Shown here: positions 35,146 to 48,174 of the stretch, piece by piece
How positions within the stretch are numbered: the first letter of the stretch is position 1
Layout: each line of letters starts with the position of its first letter
From: Pseudogymnoascus verrucosus
Taxonomy: Eukaryota
Length of the DNA: 64,000 bases
Direction: 5' to 3' (one strand)
NCBI GenBank assembly: GCA_001662655.1
Contig: KV460233.1
Translations under genes and position numbers: made by a program
The notes under the pieces: generated by a model
The model's database searches: none
Seen by the model: the letters and a program-made list of their open reading frames with translations, nothing else
Told to the model about the DNA's origin: nothing

Positions 35146-36480
35146 ATGCCAGCCCACAAAGGATGGTTACCGCGCGAGGGTAAGTACCCATACCCCAGCC
35201 CAATTCCCGTGGTCGCATCCGCCCCCCGCGTTACCCCAGATTTCAAAATAGTGGCGGCAAACTGACATCTCCACCTCCCCAGGTTTCTCCTCTGAAGTAC
35301 TCGGCTCCCTCATCAAGAAGACCCTCCTCAATCCCGCCCTCACCCTCCCCCTCGTCCTCCTCGCCCGCTACACAAAGCAAGGACAAAACCTGTCCATCCT
35401 CCACGAAACCGCCTTCTCGCGCCTCCAGATCGCCCTCGCCCTCGGCCTCATCCGCTATGCAAACAACTACCTCTCCCAAAAGGCCCTGGACAACTTCAAG
35501 TCAGACAAGTACATCTGGTCGCAGGAAGTCGTCCTCGTCACCGGTGGCGCTGGTGGAATCGGCGGCGCGATCGTCCGCATGCTCGCTGAGAAGGGCATCA
35601 AGGTCGTGGTGCTCGATGTCATTCCCATGACCTACGAAGCCAGTACGTTCCCCCCTGCCGCTTTTCCCGTTTTTCTCCTTCCATCATTTTCCTTTTTGCG
35701 CGCACCGGCCAGGCCTGGCCCCAGGATGAAATCTAGTCTGATCAGCATGTTCCGCGTGTAGAACTGACATTACCCTCAGCCGCCAACGTCCACTACTTCA
35801 AGTGCGACATCACCGACTCCGCGACCGTCGCGTCCGTCGCAGCCGAGATCCGCCGCACCGTCGGCAACCCCACCATTCTCGTGCTGAACGCCGGTGTCGC
35901 GCGCGGAAAGTCCATCTTAGAGGCCACAGAGAAGGACGTCAGGTTCACCTTCGACGTCAACTCCATCGCGCATTACATCCTGGCGAAGGAATTCCTGCCC
36001 AGCCTGATCGCGCGCGATCACGGGATGGTCGTCACGGTCGCGTCGATCGCGGCGTTTATTACGGTGCCGAGGATGGTGGATTACTCGGCCTCCAAGGCGG
36101 CGGCGATGTGCTTCCACGAGGGACTGGGAGCGGAGCTCGCGACGCTGTATAATGCGCCTAAGGTGCGCACGGTGATTGTGAACCAGGGGTACACCAAGAC
36201 GCCTTTGTTCCAGGGCTACACTAACAGCTCGTCGTTCATGGTGCCGTCGCTGGAGGTGGACACTGTTGCTGAGGGCATCGTGAACCAGATCCTGTCGGGA
36301 CACAGTGGGCAGCTTATTATGCCGGGGTTCACGAACATGTTGACTTACTTGAGGGGATTCCCGCATTGGTTCCAGAGGAGGACGAGGCATGACGGTGTGT
36401 CGATCATGGCGAAGTGGCATGGAAGACAGGTCATTGATGTGGAGAAGGAGTATGGTGTGAAGAAGGATATCAGCGCGTAA
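35146..36480 (+). CDS. Short-chain dehydrogenase/reductase (retinol/17-beta-HSD-like, N-terminal hydrophobic anchor)
   Basis: Exons 35146-35179, 35283-35642 and 35780-36480; TGGAGGIG, NAG and catalytic YSASK. Confidence 0.9.
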
Positions 36481-37130
36481 GTTGTGCTACGGGAGAACCG
36501 AGTCGAGGTCGTTGTGAGAACTGACCTGCTGCCCAGGTCGACTGTGTTGGTGGATAAGGAGGATTAATCGCCGTCGCCGTATATGGGATGGGAGGCAGAG
36601 GCACGTATTGAAATGTGATATGGAATGGGAGTTTAGGAACCTGCGGAAACGCATGGCTAACGCTTCGAGGTGGCTTTTCAAGGGTTTTCCTCGTTTATGA
36701 AGAGATGGAGCTTGTATCTATGTAACCTCTTGCTATGTGCAAATGATACCCGCACAATTTTGTATAAAGAAACTTATCTGTAATGAGCTTTCGTCTAGGG
36801 CTTGTGCTTGTGACTCTGTGATACCTCGATACAGTCAATCTTTGGGAAGGAGTTGCTACAGTTGACTGCATCATACTATCGGAATAATGAAGAAGAGAAT
36901 TGCTGCTGTTGATAAGGCTATATACATTGTAAGTTTCCGCTGCGCCACCATCGTCCCAAAGCTAGCCATACCTGCCAAGTTAAAGATATCAGTATCTCCA
37001 CACTCTACCTCCCATCATCATCTAAAAATCCAAATACCCTCTCTCCCCAACCCCCAAGCAGCAACAATCTACGCCCTCTTCCACCCTCACCAATATCTAA
37101 ACAATACTACACCCCGCTCATATCCAACCC

Positions 37131-39048
37131 TCAAAAATAACTGAAGCCAATATCTCCATCCTTGCCAAAAACATCTCTCGTCCCCTCATCGATCTCCTCA
37201 TCGCTACTCATAAACAGGCCACCACTGAAAGATTGAGCTAGTCCCTCAGATGATCCTTTGTGTAGGATCAATCTATTCTCCGTATTCCCTCGCACCTCCC
37301 CCTGTATGCCCATGCTGCTGTCAGGGCGCTCAATTTTCAGCGCCTTAGTGGCTCGGGGAGGAGTCGCGTTGTAAAGCTCTCCATCATCATAAAAAGGGTG
37401 TTTGAGATCCGAGGAATCGGGCCGTCTCCCCCCGATGACCCCCGGGGGGTGCGGCTGAAGATGGAACTCGGATTCGGGAATATACCCCCCACCTCCCCTC
37501 TCAGAAACCGGACCGCGATTCTCCCCCGAGCCAACAGCCCCTCCCCCCCTGCCAACCCCCAACCCTCCCAAAATCCCAACCTCCGATTCCAGGTTACCCT
37601 CCTCTCCTTCCTCATACGACTCCCCCAATCCCTCCCCCATCAGCCCGCTCTCACCCATCCCATCCCTCTCCCGTCCCTGCTCCACTCCAGCCCGAAACCC
37701 GGCTTCATACCCCTCCATCCTCGCTTCCCTCCTCACTCTCATCAGTTCCTGGAGATGACTTCTCAATAACCCGTCCTGCACATCGCCGATCTCCCGAATC
37801 GCTCTCTGCTGGCCCGCTACATCGCCTTCCGTGCGCGCTTGAGCGAGCTCGGCTTCCCTCGCGTCATCCGACTGCGCGGTGGCGATTTGCTGTTTTAGCC
37901 TCGCAACTTCTGAAGAATGATCCGTTGAGCGCTGTGATGCAAGCGCCGTGGAGATGCGGGCGAGAGAGGAGCTGAGGAAAGTGTGGTGCGAAGTTGCCGA
38001 AGCGAGGAGGGTGGTTGTGAGGCTAGTGACGGTTCGATCGTAGGCGCTTGTTAAATCGCGGTTGAGCGCGGCGAGGAGGGCTGGGATCGGGTCTTCAGTT
38101 TGTCCGTCGTCGGGATTTGGGGCCGTGGAAATCAGCGGGGTGGGTTGACTCGGGGTTGGTCTCTGGGCTGTGGTTGTGGCTCGGAGAGGGCGGTTGTTCA
38201 GGGACGGCGTGGGTGAGTCGCTGTCCCTGGTGTCGGGGAGGGGGGTGACCGAGAGCCAGTTTCTGTGGAGGGCTTCTTCGACTAGGCGGCAGTGTGCGGT
38301 TGTCCATTTTGAAGGGGCGTTCTGGGGGAAACGACGGAATTTGTCGGAGAAGTTCCATTTGTAGGCTCCTTTGCCGGAGGGGTTGTCATATAGGAGGTGG
38401 GTGTTTTGTTTTGAGCGGAAGCTGTAGCCGGTGGCGTTTTCTGGGGGGGGTTAGAGACATTCTCAAAAGTATGTATATTTGAGAAGCCTCGGAATAATAC
38501 TTACTGATAAGAGTCCTCAGTCGTTCCATGACCCGTTGATAATGTCTTGACATTATACGGTCCCTATAACCTTTGGCGGGCGACTCTATAGTCTCCACAG
38601 TAGCTGGGGTGTCAGATCTTGGACGATAGTTGGATCTATCATTTTCTGCACCATTGCGAGAGCTAGTTGACGAGGCAGTCTTGTATGCACTTGAAGATGC
38701 GTCCGAATGATGCTCCTTAGCAAGATCAGGCTCCCACGCAACTGCAACCAGGTGCCCCTTTTGAAGTGCTGCAATGCAGTTCTGAGTCGCTAAATCATTC
38801 CAGTACTCGTGAGTCCTCGGTAACATAGACACTTGGTCATAGCTGTCGCCATTCGGGAACTGGGGGTATTTTGCGCTGAATTTCCACTGAAGCTTCAGGT
38901 TCTTGACGGTTGCTTGGGTTGCATCACTGTGGGCGTCCCACCATTTCGATCTTGCAGTTCCTACGAGAAGTTAGTAGCGCATCCTTCGAGGATTATATTC
39001 TGACATACCAGTTGCTGCTGCGATTTCAGCTTGCAACATCGTCAGCAT
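37131..39048 (-). CDS. Orphan protein (about 601 aa) with two copies of an unrecognised domain followed by a coiled-coil region
   Basis: Exons 39048-39009, 38960-38505 and 38440-37131, joined by canonical phase-1 introns (GTATGT..CTAAC..TAG; GTAAGT..CTAAC..CAG), give one open frame of 1806 nt. Confidence 0.65.
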
Positions 39049-40463
39049 ATCGTTGTGGCTTTGCTGCAACTTCTGTGATGTTGAAGCTGTTGTGTGTGAT
39101 ATTGTCTGGCTGGTTCAGAGAGTTGAACAGGCTCATATGCCGGGCAACAAGAAGTATCTCTTTCGGCCAAAGAAATATATTTGGTGGTGAAAGATGAATG
39201 TGGAAAACATTATGGTGGCGTGAAACACATATGCTTGGTTTATGAATAGACTGGAGCCGGTAAAAAATGTGAATTCACTCCAAACCTTTATGCTGGGAAA
39301 GTGCACCAAAGAACATAAAGCAAAATGAAAAATAGTTTTGATGATATGAGCTTTCCCCACACTAAAGAAATGAACTTTCGGGGACAGTAATGGAAATTGG
39401 TGGTAGAATCTTGGAATCTCCATGCTAAATCCATTACACCTTGCCAATTATTTGAATATGGATTTAAATGGTATAACATCTTAACGACAAAGACGTCTAG
39501 AAGTTTCGTATAACTTATCATAAATTTCTCAGACACAAATTATTTTACACCTAATGTTTTATTTTCAACAATCCTTATCATTGCAGAGTTAAATATCTGA
39601 AATAAATAAATAACAAAGGACATATAAAACTGCCTTTATAAAATATAAGATTATTTGGTAAATAATGTTTGCTCGAAGTTCGGAGTGAGTTAGTTGAGTC
39701 GGGAGATACTCGTACTATATCGGGCGCTTAACGTTCAAGTTGAATTAAGGTATACGCTACGGTCATACGTTGTTCCAGTATACCCGCTCAGACCATGGAT
39801 GATCAGGTTTAAGCCTCCAACATCAGGTGCTTAGCCAGCTGCCTGCATACAAATGTCTGGCCATGGAGATTCAAGGCTTTGTTGCTGGATTCCGAATATC
39901 AGCAATAAGGATACAAGACATTTCTGACCTTCAAAAGCTATAATTTGTTTGAGATTTCTTGTTAGAGCTTGTCTACAGGCCAGCTGAGTCCAGCCCATTA
40001 GGTGAACAGAGGTGCTGACGTCAGACTCCACTTTTCCATTTCGCTGAGCGACAATCAACCCGTGAAAGTGAGAGGAAAACATATAAAAATTTGATATATT
40101 GAATACCAGATTCTCGGGCGGTTCATTATGTTTATATTATATTCCCTTCTAGAAGAAATGAGGGCGGGATCTGCGGGGGCATGACTTTCCCATGGCGGTT
40201 TGGCCAGTCAAGGTAGCTCCCCGCTAAGTTAGCGCGCGCGACATTCCCAACCAGGTGCTGGAACCAAGTCACACACCGGCGCCCACTCCACAACTCAGCC
40301 ACAACATATATACTCCGATATTATCTCTAAGTCGAGACTTACTGTGCCCTATATTGCCAATAAGCGACCGCTACTGCGACAAAACGATGTGCTCAGTCTC
40401 CCCTTAAGCTCTGGCGACATCGAAAGGCAAGCTCCGACCACAAATCGCTACGCCCCTTGAGAC

Positions 40464-43241
40464 ATGGAGCAGCCTACAGGCCAAGACGGGCGCGCGACTC
40501 GACCCTCGGCGTTCCAGGCCCCGAGGAAGAAGAGGAACCATAGGGGAGGGAAAAAGAAGCGCTCAACGAAGCAGCCGTTCGCATTGCCCGCCTCTGAAGA
40601 AGAAGATGTGTCTGCCGTCCTCGAGACCTCAGAAGATCGCAAAACTAAGCAAAGCACTGCGAGGTCCCCTTTGCAGAGGTCCACTTTGCACAGACTACAA
40701 GGGCGGAACTCGAGTAATACAAGCTTAGAGAGCGAGGCACTGCTCGATCACAGGTACGTTTATGGCATATTGTTTCCAACTGGAAGTTATGAGTCTAACA
40801 AAGTGAAGAGAGCAGAAGTTTATGCGGCCTCGAAGATCCTCGACATTACAGCATAATGCGTTTGATCAGTCAATCTACGAATCCCCCGGTTCCATCCGGC
40901 CACAATACACAAACCCCTTTGCCTCGCAAGAGAGCGGGCGTAGCCGCCAGTTGAAGCGTGGATACACCATGCCCAATGCCGAAGAGAACATGGACGAAGA
41001 GGCAGACGAGCGGACACCGATGCTTGCTACTTCTATGCCAAGAAGTGGATATGGAGGACAAAGTATGGGATCGGGACCCAAACCGAGCCGATATGGTCGA
41101 AATGGCAGCAGCTCGTCCGATATTAGGAAAGGAGTATCGAAATCGACCAGCCGAGAGGTGCCGGCGCCTCTTCCTTCTCAATCGTCTGGCGCTTACAACG
41201 TCAATTACCCACCTTCTGTTCCAGGAAGCCCTTCGATGAGCCCGGCCCATAAGCCGATGAGCTTTGGGGACATGCTAGGACGAGATGAATTCCCAAGTGA
41301 TAGGGATCATTTTGAGGAAGAAGAAGAGGACGAGTATCATGACAGGGGCGAAACTACGCCCGATCGTCGGTCGGTGCATGGCTCGCTGGCCGAGAGACTA
41401 GAAAGACGCCCAACAGTGGCCGCAAGAGCAGAAGAAGATGTGTGCTTTCCTGCGGAAGCTATGTCGGAAATCACAGAAATTGCAGAGGAAGACGTTGCCG
41501 AACAGGAAGGCAGTATATTCCACCAAAATGTTCGACGCCGGCGTCCAAAGTGGCCAGATCTGGCTGTTCTTGATGAGTGGAGCAGAATTGAGAAGGAAGG
41601 GAGGAGTGAAGAGGCGCGAGCAAAGAGGATGGTTGAACCGCAGCTTATTGGAGGACGTCTGCGTCCCACCCACTCGCGGAATTGGCATCGGGTGGAGGAG
41701 GATGCTCCATACCGATTTACCTACTTCAACGAAGAATTCCCAAGCACCATCCACAGCCAGACGATTTCAGAACTCGAACAGCCTGGTCTAAGTTTCAAGG
41801 AGCTATTTATTCCTGACCGCCCCGAATTATGCGACTCGTCTGACGACGAAGAAGACGATCAGTACCCGGGGCTTCTGCCGTCAGAACAATACCAGATACG
41901 TACTCATTCAAATGGCAATAATAATATGGAATCTAGAGCAACAACTCGCCAAAGCTCGTATATGGATTTGAGCCCATGTTCAACTGTGCCCGACGATAGG
42001 CATTCTGAAAAAGCCTCAACTCCCGCTCAAAGGGGTAAACTAAGCTCTGCAAACACTATGAGCATCCCCGAATTATCGTTACCGCCACCACAAGATCCTC
42101 ATGCAGCAGCAGCAGCCAAAGAAGCCACAACCGAGCAAACATCAGCCGGTACTAAGTCTCCAGAAGCCCCCAGAGAACGACCGAAGCGTTATGGGGACAG
42201 GCCAACGTGGTGGTTAGATGTATTCTCTCCATCCGAAGCGGAAATGAAAATCATAGCCAAGACCTTCGGTATTCATCCGCTTACCGCAGAAGACATTATG
42301 GTTCAAGAAGCGCGAGAGAAAGTGGAACTGTTCCGTAACTACTACTTTGTCAATTACCGGACGTTTGAGCAAGACATGAACAACGAAGACTTCCTCGAGC
42401 CTGTCAACATGTATGTCGTCGTTTTCCGCGAAGGAATCATCAGTTTCCACTTCTCGCTCACGCCGCATCCGGCAAACGTGCGGAGACGAATTCGTCAGTT
42501 GAAAGACTACCTAATCCTCTCCTCGGATTGGATTTCCTATGCCATCATCGACGATATTACCGATGTTTTTGCGCCGTTGATTCAAACTATCGAAGACGAA
42601 GTCGATGATATCGACGACGCGATTCTAATGTTACATTCCCCACCATCTGGCGACTCCACAGACGAGAAACGCTCCGAAGCAGGCGGGAAGACTGTAGAAA
42701 ACGGCGCGGACATGCTTCGGCGTGTTGGAGATTGCAGGAAGAAGGTTATGGGTCTGTATCGGCTCCTCGGAAATAAAGCGGATGTGATTAAGGGCTTTGC
42801 GAAGAGATGTAATGAGCACTGGGATGTTGCACCGAGGAGCGAGATCGGGTTGTATTTGGGAGATATTCAGGATCATATTGTGACTATGACGGGGAACTTG
42901 AGTCACTATGAGAAGTACGCCCTCCTATTTTCTTATCTTGTTGACATGGCGCTAATTATAATAGGATTCTAGCACGCTCGCACGGCAACTACCTCGCGCA
43001 GATTAATATTCGCATGAACGAGCGGCAAGAGCAGACCGCTGACGTCCTTGGCAAATTGACGGTGCTGGGAACGATCGTGTTGCCCATGAATATTATAACT
43101 GGGTTGTGGGGAATGAACGTCTGGGTGCCTGGACAGAATGCAGAGAACAGTCTGACGTGGTTTTGGTGCATTACTGTCGGCTTATTGGTATTTGGGTTGA
43201 GTTGTTTCTTGATGGCGAGGACGCTCTACCGGATTGTATGA
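40464..43241 (+). CDS. CorA-family Mg2+ transporter (Alr1/Mnr2-like)
   Basis: WWLDV, FGIHPLTAEDI, REKVELF, GLWGMNV signature; introns about 40754-40808 and 42915-42965. Confidence 0.92.
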
Positions 43242-43950
43242 GCGGGTACAGCTATCATGGGGGGTTGAACATGCGAGCAGGGGTTCGATAGATACCTTAT
43301 TATCGAGGCTTATTATCGAGGATGGATTTAAGCGTCTAGACGAGTGGGAGGCGGCTGGATATCCGGGTTTGTGCTGTTGGGTGTTGAAGGTTGGAGCATT
43401 TCTTGGATAGGATTGTTCTTGGGGTCCTTGGCGGGATTTAAATTGGTATATCACTATATACATCGATGATAAGATCTTATTTACTGGGATTTGGACTACA
43501 CATGGCGATACGGCGTTTCATATGCCTGTCCATTGGTTAGAGGTGGTAGTATCCGAATATAAGACAAATTATGGAATTTGATAAAGCATGGCAAAAAGCT
43601 GCCCATCTAATATTTTGGTGAACAAGAAGATATACTATGATGACACTAGTGATCTTCATACATTTGAAAGCATAAAGTAGAATTTTAAACCAAAGATTTT
43701 ATGTATTGATATATTTCTACTTTATAACCTCATTTTCAAGGTCGATGAGTTCCTCGCAGTCGATTTAAGGTACCCGCTAGGGACCCTTCTTATCCGTTCC
43801 GAAAGGTTCTACACACACCCCCACCAAACCCCACCATCAAGGCAACACTTCCAGCCCTTCCTCATCGCCATATACCCAGCATACTTTCAAATCCGCCAGC
43901 TTAAGATTCAATTCACTACCTCTACACCACTACACTAGACGACCGTCAAA

Positions 43951-44443
43951 ATGCCACCACCAAGCCCTCTTGCCATTGCAACCTCCTCCCTCCAGCGGTT
44001 GGTGAAGGAAGAAGCGTCCTACTACAAAGAGCTCGAGAAGCAAGAGGCTCGCCTGAAGAAGATTGAGGAGAGCACTGAGGAGGATGAGAATAGGGAGTAC
44101 ACCCTGAAGCAAGAAGTGAGCCTACCCACCCCTCCCATCTATCCACTTGCCCCTCCTTCCCTCTTCCATTCTCAAAATACCATATCCCTGGCAAACCAGG
44201 ACAGCTACACGTGACAGTAGAACAGTATTAACAACATAACAATAGAGAGCAGCTATCGAGGAGACCAAGGCTGTCTTCCCAACCCTCCAGCAGCGGATCG
44301 GGGATAACCTCGAGAAACTACGTGATCAGGTTGAGAAGGCGTTGGAGAACCCGGGGGAGAAAACCGAGGAGGAGGTTGTGAAGGCCAAGAGCGCGATTGA
44401 GAATGCGCAGAAGGCGTTGAAGGATGCTTCTGCGAAGGCATGA
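43951..44443 (+). CDS. RBL2: Tubulin-binding cofactor A
   Basis: Exons 43951-44115 and 44246-44443; LQRLVKEEASYYKE...YTLKQE|RAAIEETKAVFP. Confidence 0.9.
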
Positions 44444-44637
44444 GATGGTCTGAAGATACGTGTGTGGGGTGGGGGATGAATGAAGATGTGGAGGTTGGGT
44501 AATATGTAGGGCGGAGGTTTATCACGAGGGTTTATGGGGGAACTGAGCATATTGGACGACGTGATCGGGTATTGCGCCAGGTAGTATACAACTAGCTACT
44601 ATCTATACAAGCTGAGCGAGTTCTGCACTCCTTGGTA

Positions 44638-45765
44638 TTATGTGGTATCCATCTTATCCTCACCACTACTTGACGAACTAGGCTCATGCACCGTAACCTT
44701 TGGAATCTCCACCTCCACTTCCTCTCCCTCCTCAACAGCACTATCCGCATCCGCCATAGGCGAATCAACACCCGCCTCCGCCATAACCGCATCACCCTCC
44801 TCAGCCATCTGCCTCCTCCTCTCCGACCCAGTAGGCGAAGGCGCACGACTCCCCGGCCTGCTTCCGCCGCGACTACCAGCACGACTACTCGCGCGACTGT
44901 TCGACCTCGAGTAACCATTCGACGCCGGCTTCAGATTCGAGCTCTTATACACATTATCCGCCTCTGTGCTCGCACCTCTCGTCGCTCTAGGCGTTAAAGC
45001 GCCATCCGGTCTCGGTGTAGCTTCTCCGCTGTCGTGTTTGGGTGTTTGTTCGCCTACTTCTCCATCTTCTTCACCAGCATCACCCATCCCCTCTCTGCGC
45101 TCTACTTCCTCTTTCTCGTCTCTGATGAGCCTTCGCAGCCTCACGCCCTCCTCGACGATACGACCGAACTGTTCGCGTCTCTCGGCCCACGTCTCGCCGT
45201 ATTGTTCTCTCTCCTTCTCCAGCTCGCGGCACTCTTCTTCTAGCTTCTGCAGGTTTGCTGCTTGCTCTTCTCGTGTGCGCAGCATGCGGTTACTCGTGAT
45301 TTTCTCTGCCAACTTATCGAACCCCTTCCGCTGATCCAGCGTCGCCCTCGCGCTCTCAAGCTTCACCCTAAGCTCAGCGGTATTATCCTTGACATCCTGC
45401 GCCGCCTCCAAAATCCTCAGTTTCTCCGCCGCATAGCGCTCACGCTCCCGCTCATTCGAGTTACGCAAGAACTGGAAACGGGCGATACTGCTGTCGAAAG
45501 CGGCGAAATCGAGGAGCACGTCTTCGTGGAACTGGCGGCGCTCGTCGAGCTGTTTTTGGTGCGTGGCTTCTTGCTCGGTGGCGGCTTCGGGGGTCGTGAG
45601 GGTGTCGGGGGGTGGGGTGAGAGGGGCGAGGGGAGTGGAGATGAGAGAGCCGGGGGCGAGGAGGCGTTTGGTGATGCGCTTGAAGGGTTTCTCTTCGATG
45701 TTGAGGATGCGGGTCTTGTGGAGTTCGTCTTCTTCGCGTTGGCCGAGGAGTTGGAAGGATGCCAT
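44638..45765 (-). CDS. THOC7: THO complex subunit 7/Mft1-like
   Basis: EDELHKTRILNIEEKPFKRITKRL, DFAAFDSSIARFQFL, long coiled coil; ATG at 45765. Confidence 0.8.
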   Translation of the reverse strand: MASFQLLGQREEDELHKTRILNIEEKPFKRITKRLLAPGSLISTPLAPLTPPPDTLTTPEAATEQEATHQKQLDERRQFHEDVLLDFAAFDSSIARFQFLRNSNERERERYAAEKLRILEAAQDVKDNTAELRVKLESARATLDQRKGFDKLAEKITSNRMLRTREEQAANLQKLEEECRELEKEREQYGETWAERREQFGRIVEEGVRLRRLIRDEKEEVERREGMGDAGEEDGEVGEQTPKHDSGEATPRPDGALTPRATRGASTEADNVYKSSNLKPASNGYSRSNSRASSRAGSRGGSRPGSRAPSPTGSERRRQMAEEGDAVMAEAGVDSPMADADSAVEEGEEVEVEIPKVTVHEPSSSSSGEDKMDTT

Positions 45766-46297
45766 TGTTGGTGTGTTTGACCTTGGTTGGTCTGGACGGT
45801 TGACGATGTTGAGTTCCGAATTGTGAGTTCCCTTCCACACTCGTTGTTGCGACGATTGACTGAAATTCAACTGAAGTTGTGGTTATAATCTGGAAATGCC
45901 ACAGGCCTTCCGCCGCAAGGCTGAGATTGAAGCTTGACGCCAACCAATCCCTGTCGGCTCCACTCTCAACGCTAAACCATTTTCATATGAGCTGGGTCAA
46001 CCTCAGCCTCGACTTTCCTATTGTGGTCCTATTGAACCCACCACGACAATAGAAGCGCTTCCTATTGAGAATATCACCACAATGTATCGCCTATCTTCAG
46101 AGGATAATTTCTTACTTGGCTCGCTGAAATATTACTCGTAACAGACCGTTATTTATTCATTGCTACTTGCACTTCTCGCACTTCTCGAACACTCACACTC
46201 GAAACAATCACTTTTTGACTTCGAACCACCAATATACTAAGGCACACTGCCTCTTCTTTTACACCCGAACCAACATATACCGAACCCAATACGAACC

Positions 46298-47646
46298 ATG
46301 GCTTCCAAGGAAGAGGAAAATAGTGCCCATCGGGACCCGTTCAGCCTCCAGAGAATGTGTGAGAGGGCAGCTATCAGAAATATTAAAGGTATGGTTCAAT
46401 AATGACGGCTATAGGATCTGTCAAGCTAATAAATCTTGAAGATATATACGATGTTGGCGGCATGTCATACAAAACCGTCAAACCAATCCTTGCCAGAATA
46501 AAAATCCCAGAGCAGCTCCGTCAAATCGAGCTTGCCTCTCCCCAAATCATCGGCGAAACAGTCGAACTCTGGGAGCGATTCATCCAGCGCGATGTCGAGA
46601 ACTGGCGTGAGAAAAACTACCGCCCCAGCAATCCTGCAGACTGGCCAGCCGTCTACAGGAAGTACATGGATGAACAGAAGGCCAAAATCGACTACGATAA
46701 AGAGAAGCTCCGCCAGGCATTGGCCGGCATCAAGAAAGAACAGACCAACAACCTCAGCAAGAAGGTCGAAGCTCGATACATGCCAAAAATACCAAGAGAC
46801 TCGCGTATGCGTGCAAATGATGGCGGAGTCCCGATTGTCGGTCGCGGCGGCAGATCTGGGAACCGTATTGGTGTTCCCGGTCGTCGCCTTCCGTCGGTGT
46901 CCGCAATCGGATATGCAGCGACAGGAGTCAAGAAGAGAGTCAACATCGTCGAGAAGGCCAGACGCGAGGCCGCTATGGCTATTGCAGCCCGTCGACAGGG
47001 TCAAGCCCATGTCCCTGACTTTCGGAGCCAAATCAGGAAGGCTCCAGCTGGGATGGTGAACGAGTATCGCAAGGCTGCTGAGGTTGAAAAGAAGAAGCTC
47101 AGCCCGCGCAATTCCCCAGTCGCTACTGGTATCCCCGTCCCAAACGCAGCCATGAAAGACCGCGAGGCACGACTTCGAGCTATCAAAGCGTCTGGTGCGA
47201 GGAAGCCACCAGTTCAAGAGCAAGTGCCTTACCTTGCACCTGCGCAAGTCCTCGACTTCAACACTCCGTCCGAGGACACCCACGCAAGCTCTGCAAACGA
47301 TGACGATGACATCGAGAAGCTCTTTGGCGAATACCATGAGCGCCAGCTCAGCGCGACAGCTAAGCGCAAGCTACACGGAAACGATTACGCCGACCCATTC
47401 ACCTACCGCCCTTCCCCAGTCAAACCACCGACTAAACGCACAACCGATATCCCGCCAGAGGAATGGGAAGCCCGATTGCAAGGGAGAAAGAGCGCCAGTC
47501 CGCCTGCGCGCTCCAGACAGTCATCCCCGAGTGGAGTCACGGAGCAGCCGAAGAATGCGAGTCCGATGAAGGGTCCACCAAAGAAGATTTTCAGGCGCCC
47601 ACCTACGGATCCGTTCATGACGCCGAAGAGACCTCGCCGTGCTTAG
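46298..47646 (+). CDS. ELA1: RNA polymerase II elongation factor SIII subunit A (Elongin A)
   Basis: Exons 46298-46388 and 46442-47646; BC-box-like SLQRMC, then IYDVGGMSY...PEQLRQIE...ELWERFIQRD. Confidence 0.85.
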
Positions 47647-48174
47647 TCTGTCTGTCTTGTCGTGTTTTGTTTTGCATTGTCTAGGGCGTTTGGGAGATTG
47701 GTATCAGGATAGGGGTATATACACATGTGGAAGCATTTGCAAGCATAAATCACGGAGGAGTATGGGGGTGGGGTATGGGTATATATGCATGTGAAAGCAC
47801 TGGCACGTATAAAGGAGTTCAATTACTAGGGCGATAGATACCATACATACGATGCATGTTAATATGAAAGTTGATGAACTATTACCATGAATACTTCTCG
47901 TGCGGCCCCAAAGTATTTGTAGCGATTGAGCTGAAGCAGCCGCCTGCTAAGGTAGTGAGCTTTCTGTATGAAATGAATCGCATGAATAATTCTAGGAGGC
48001 ACAAGCACGAACATTAGCAAAGCAAATCAACAGCTACATAGTGTGCCATATTGTGCTATATTAGATCTAATATCATAAACTTCATCAATCATTTACCGTC
48101 CCTATTTTGCCCATCTGTTCCACGTCTCACTTCCTTCCAACCCATCTCCTCCGCCACAAACCTCCCACCTCTTT

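Noticed and set aside
39755..39840. Faint resemblance to 5S rRNA (TACGGTCATA..CCGCTCAG..TTAAGCC)
   Set aside because: Spacing and the 3' half do not fit 5S rRNA, and the terminal stem is missing.
46465..47337. 290-aa antisense ORF over Elongin A, and similar long antisense ORFs over FPR4, the SDR, the MFS gene and THOC7
   Set aside because: Shadow frames of codon-biased genes with no recognisable motifs.
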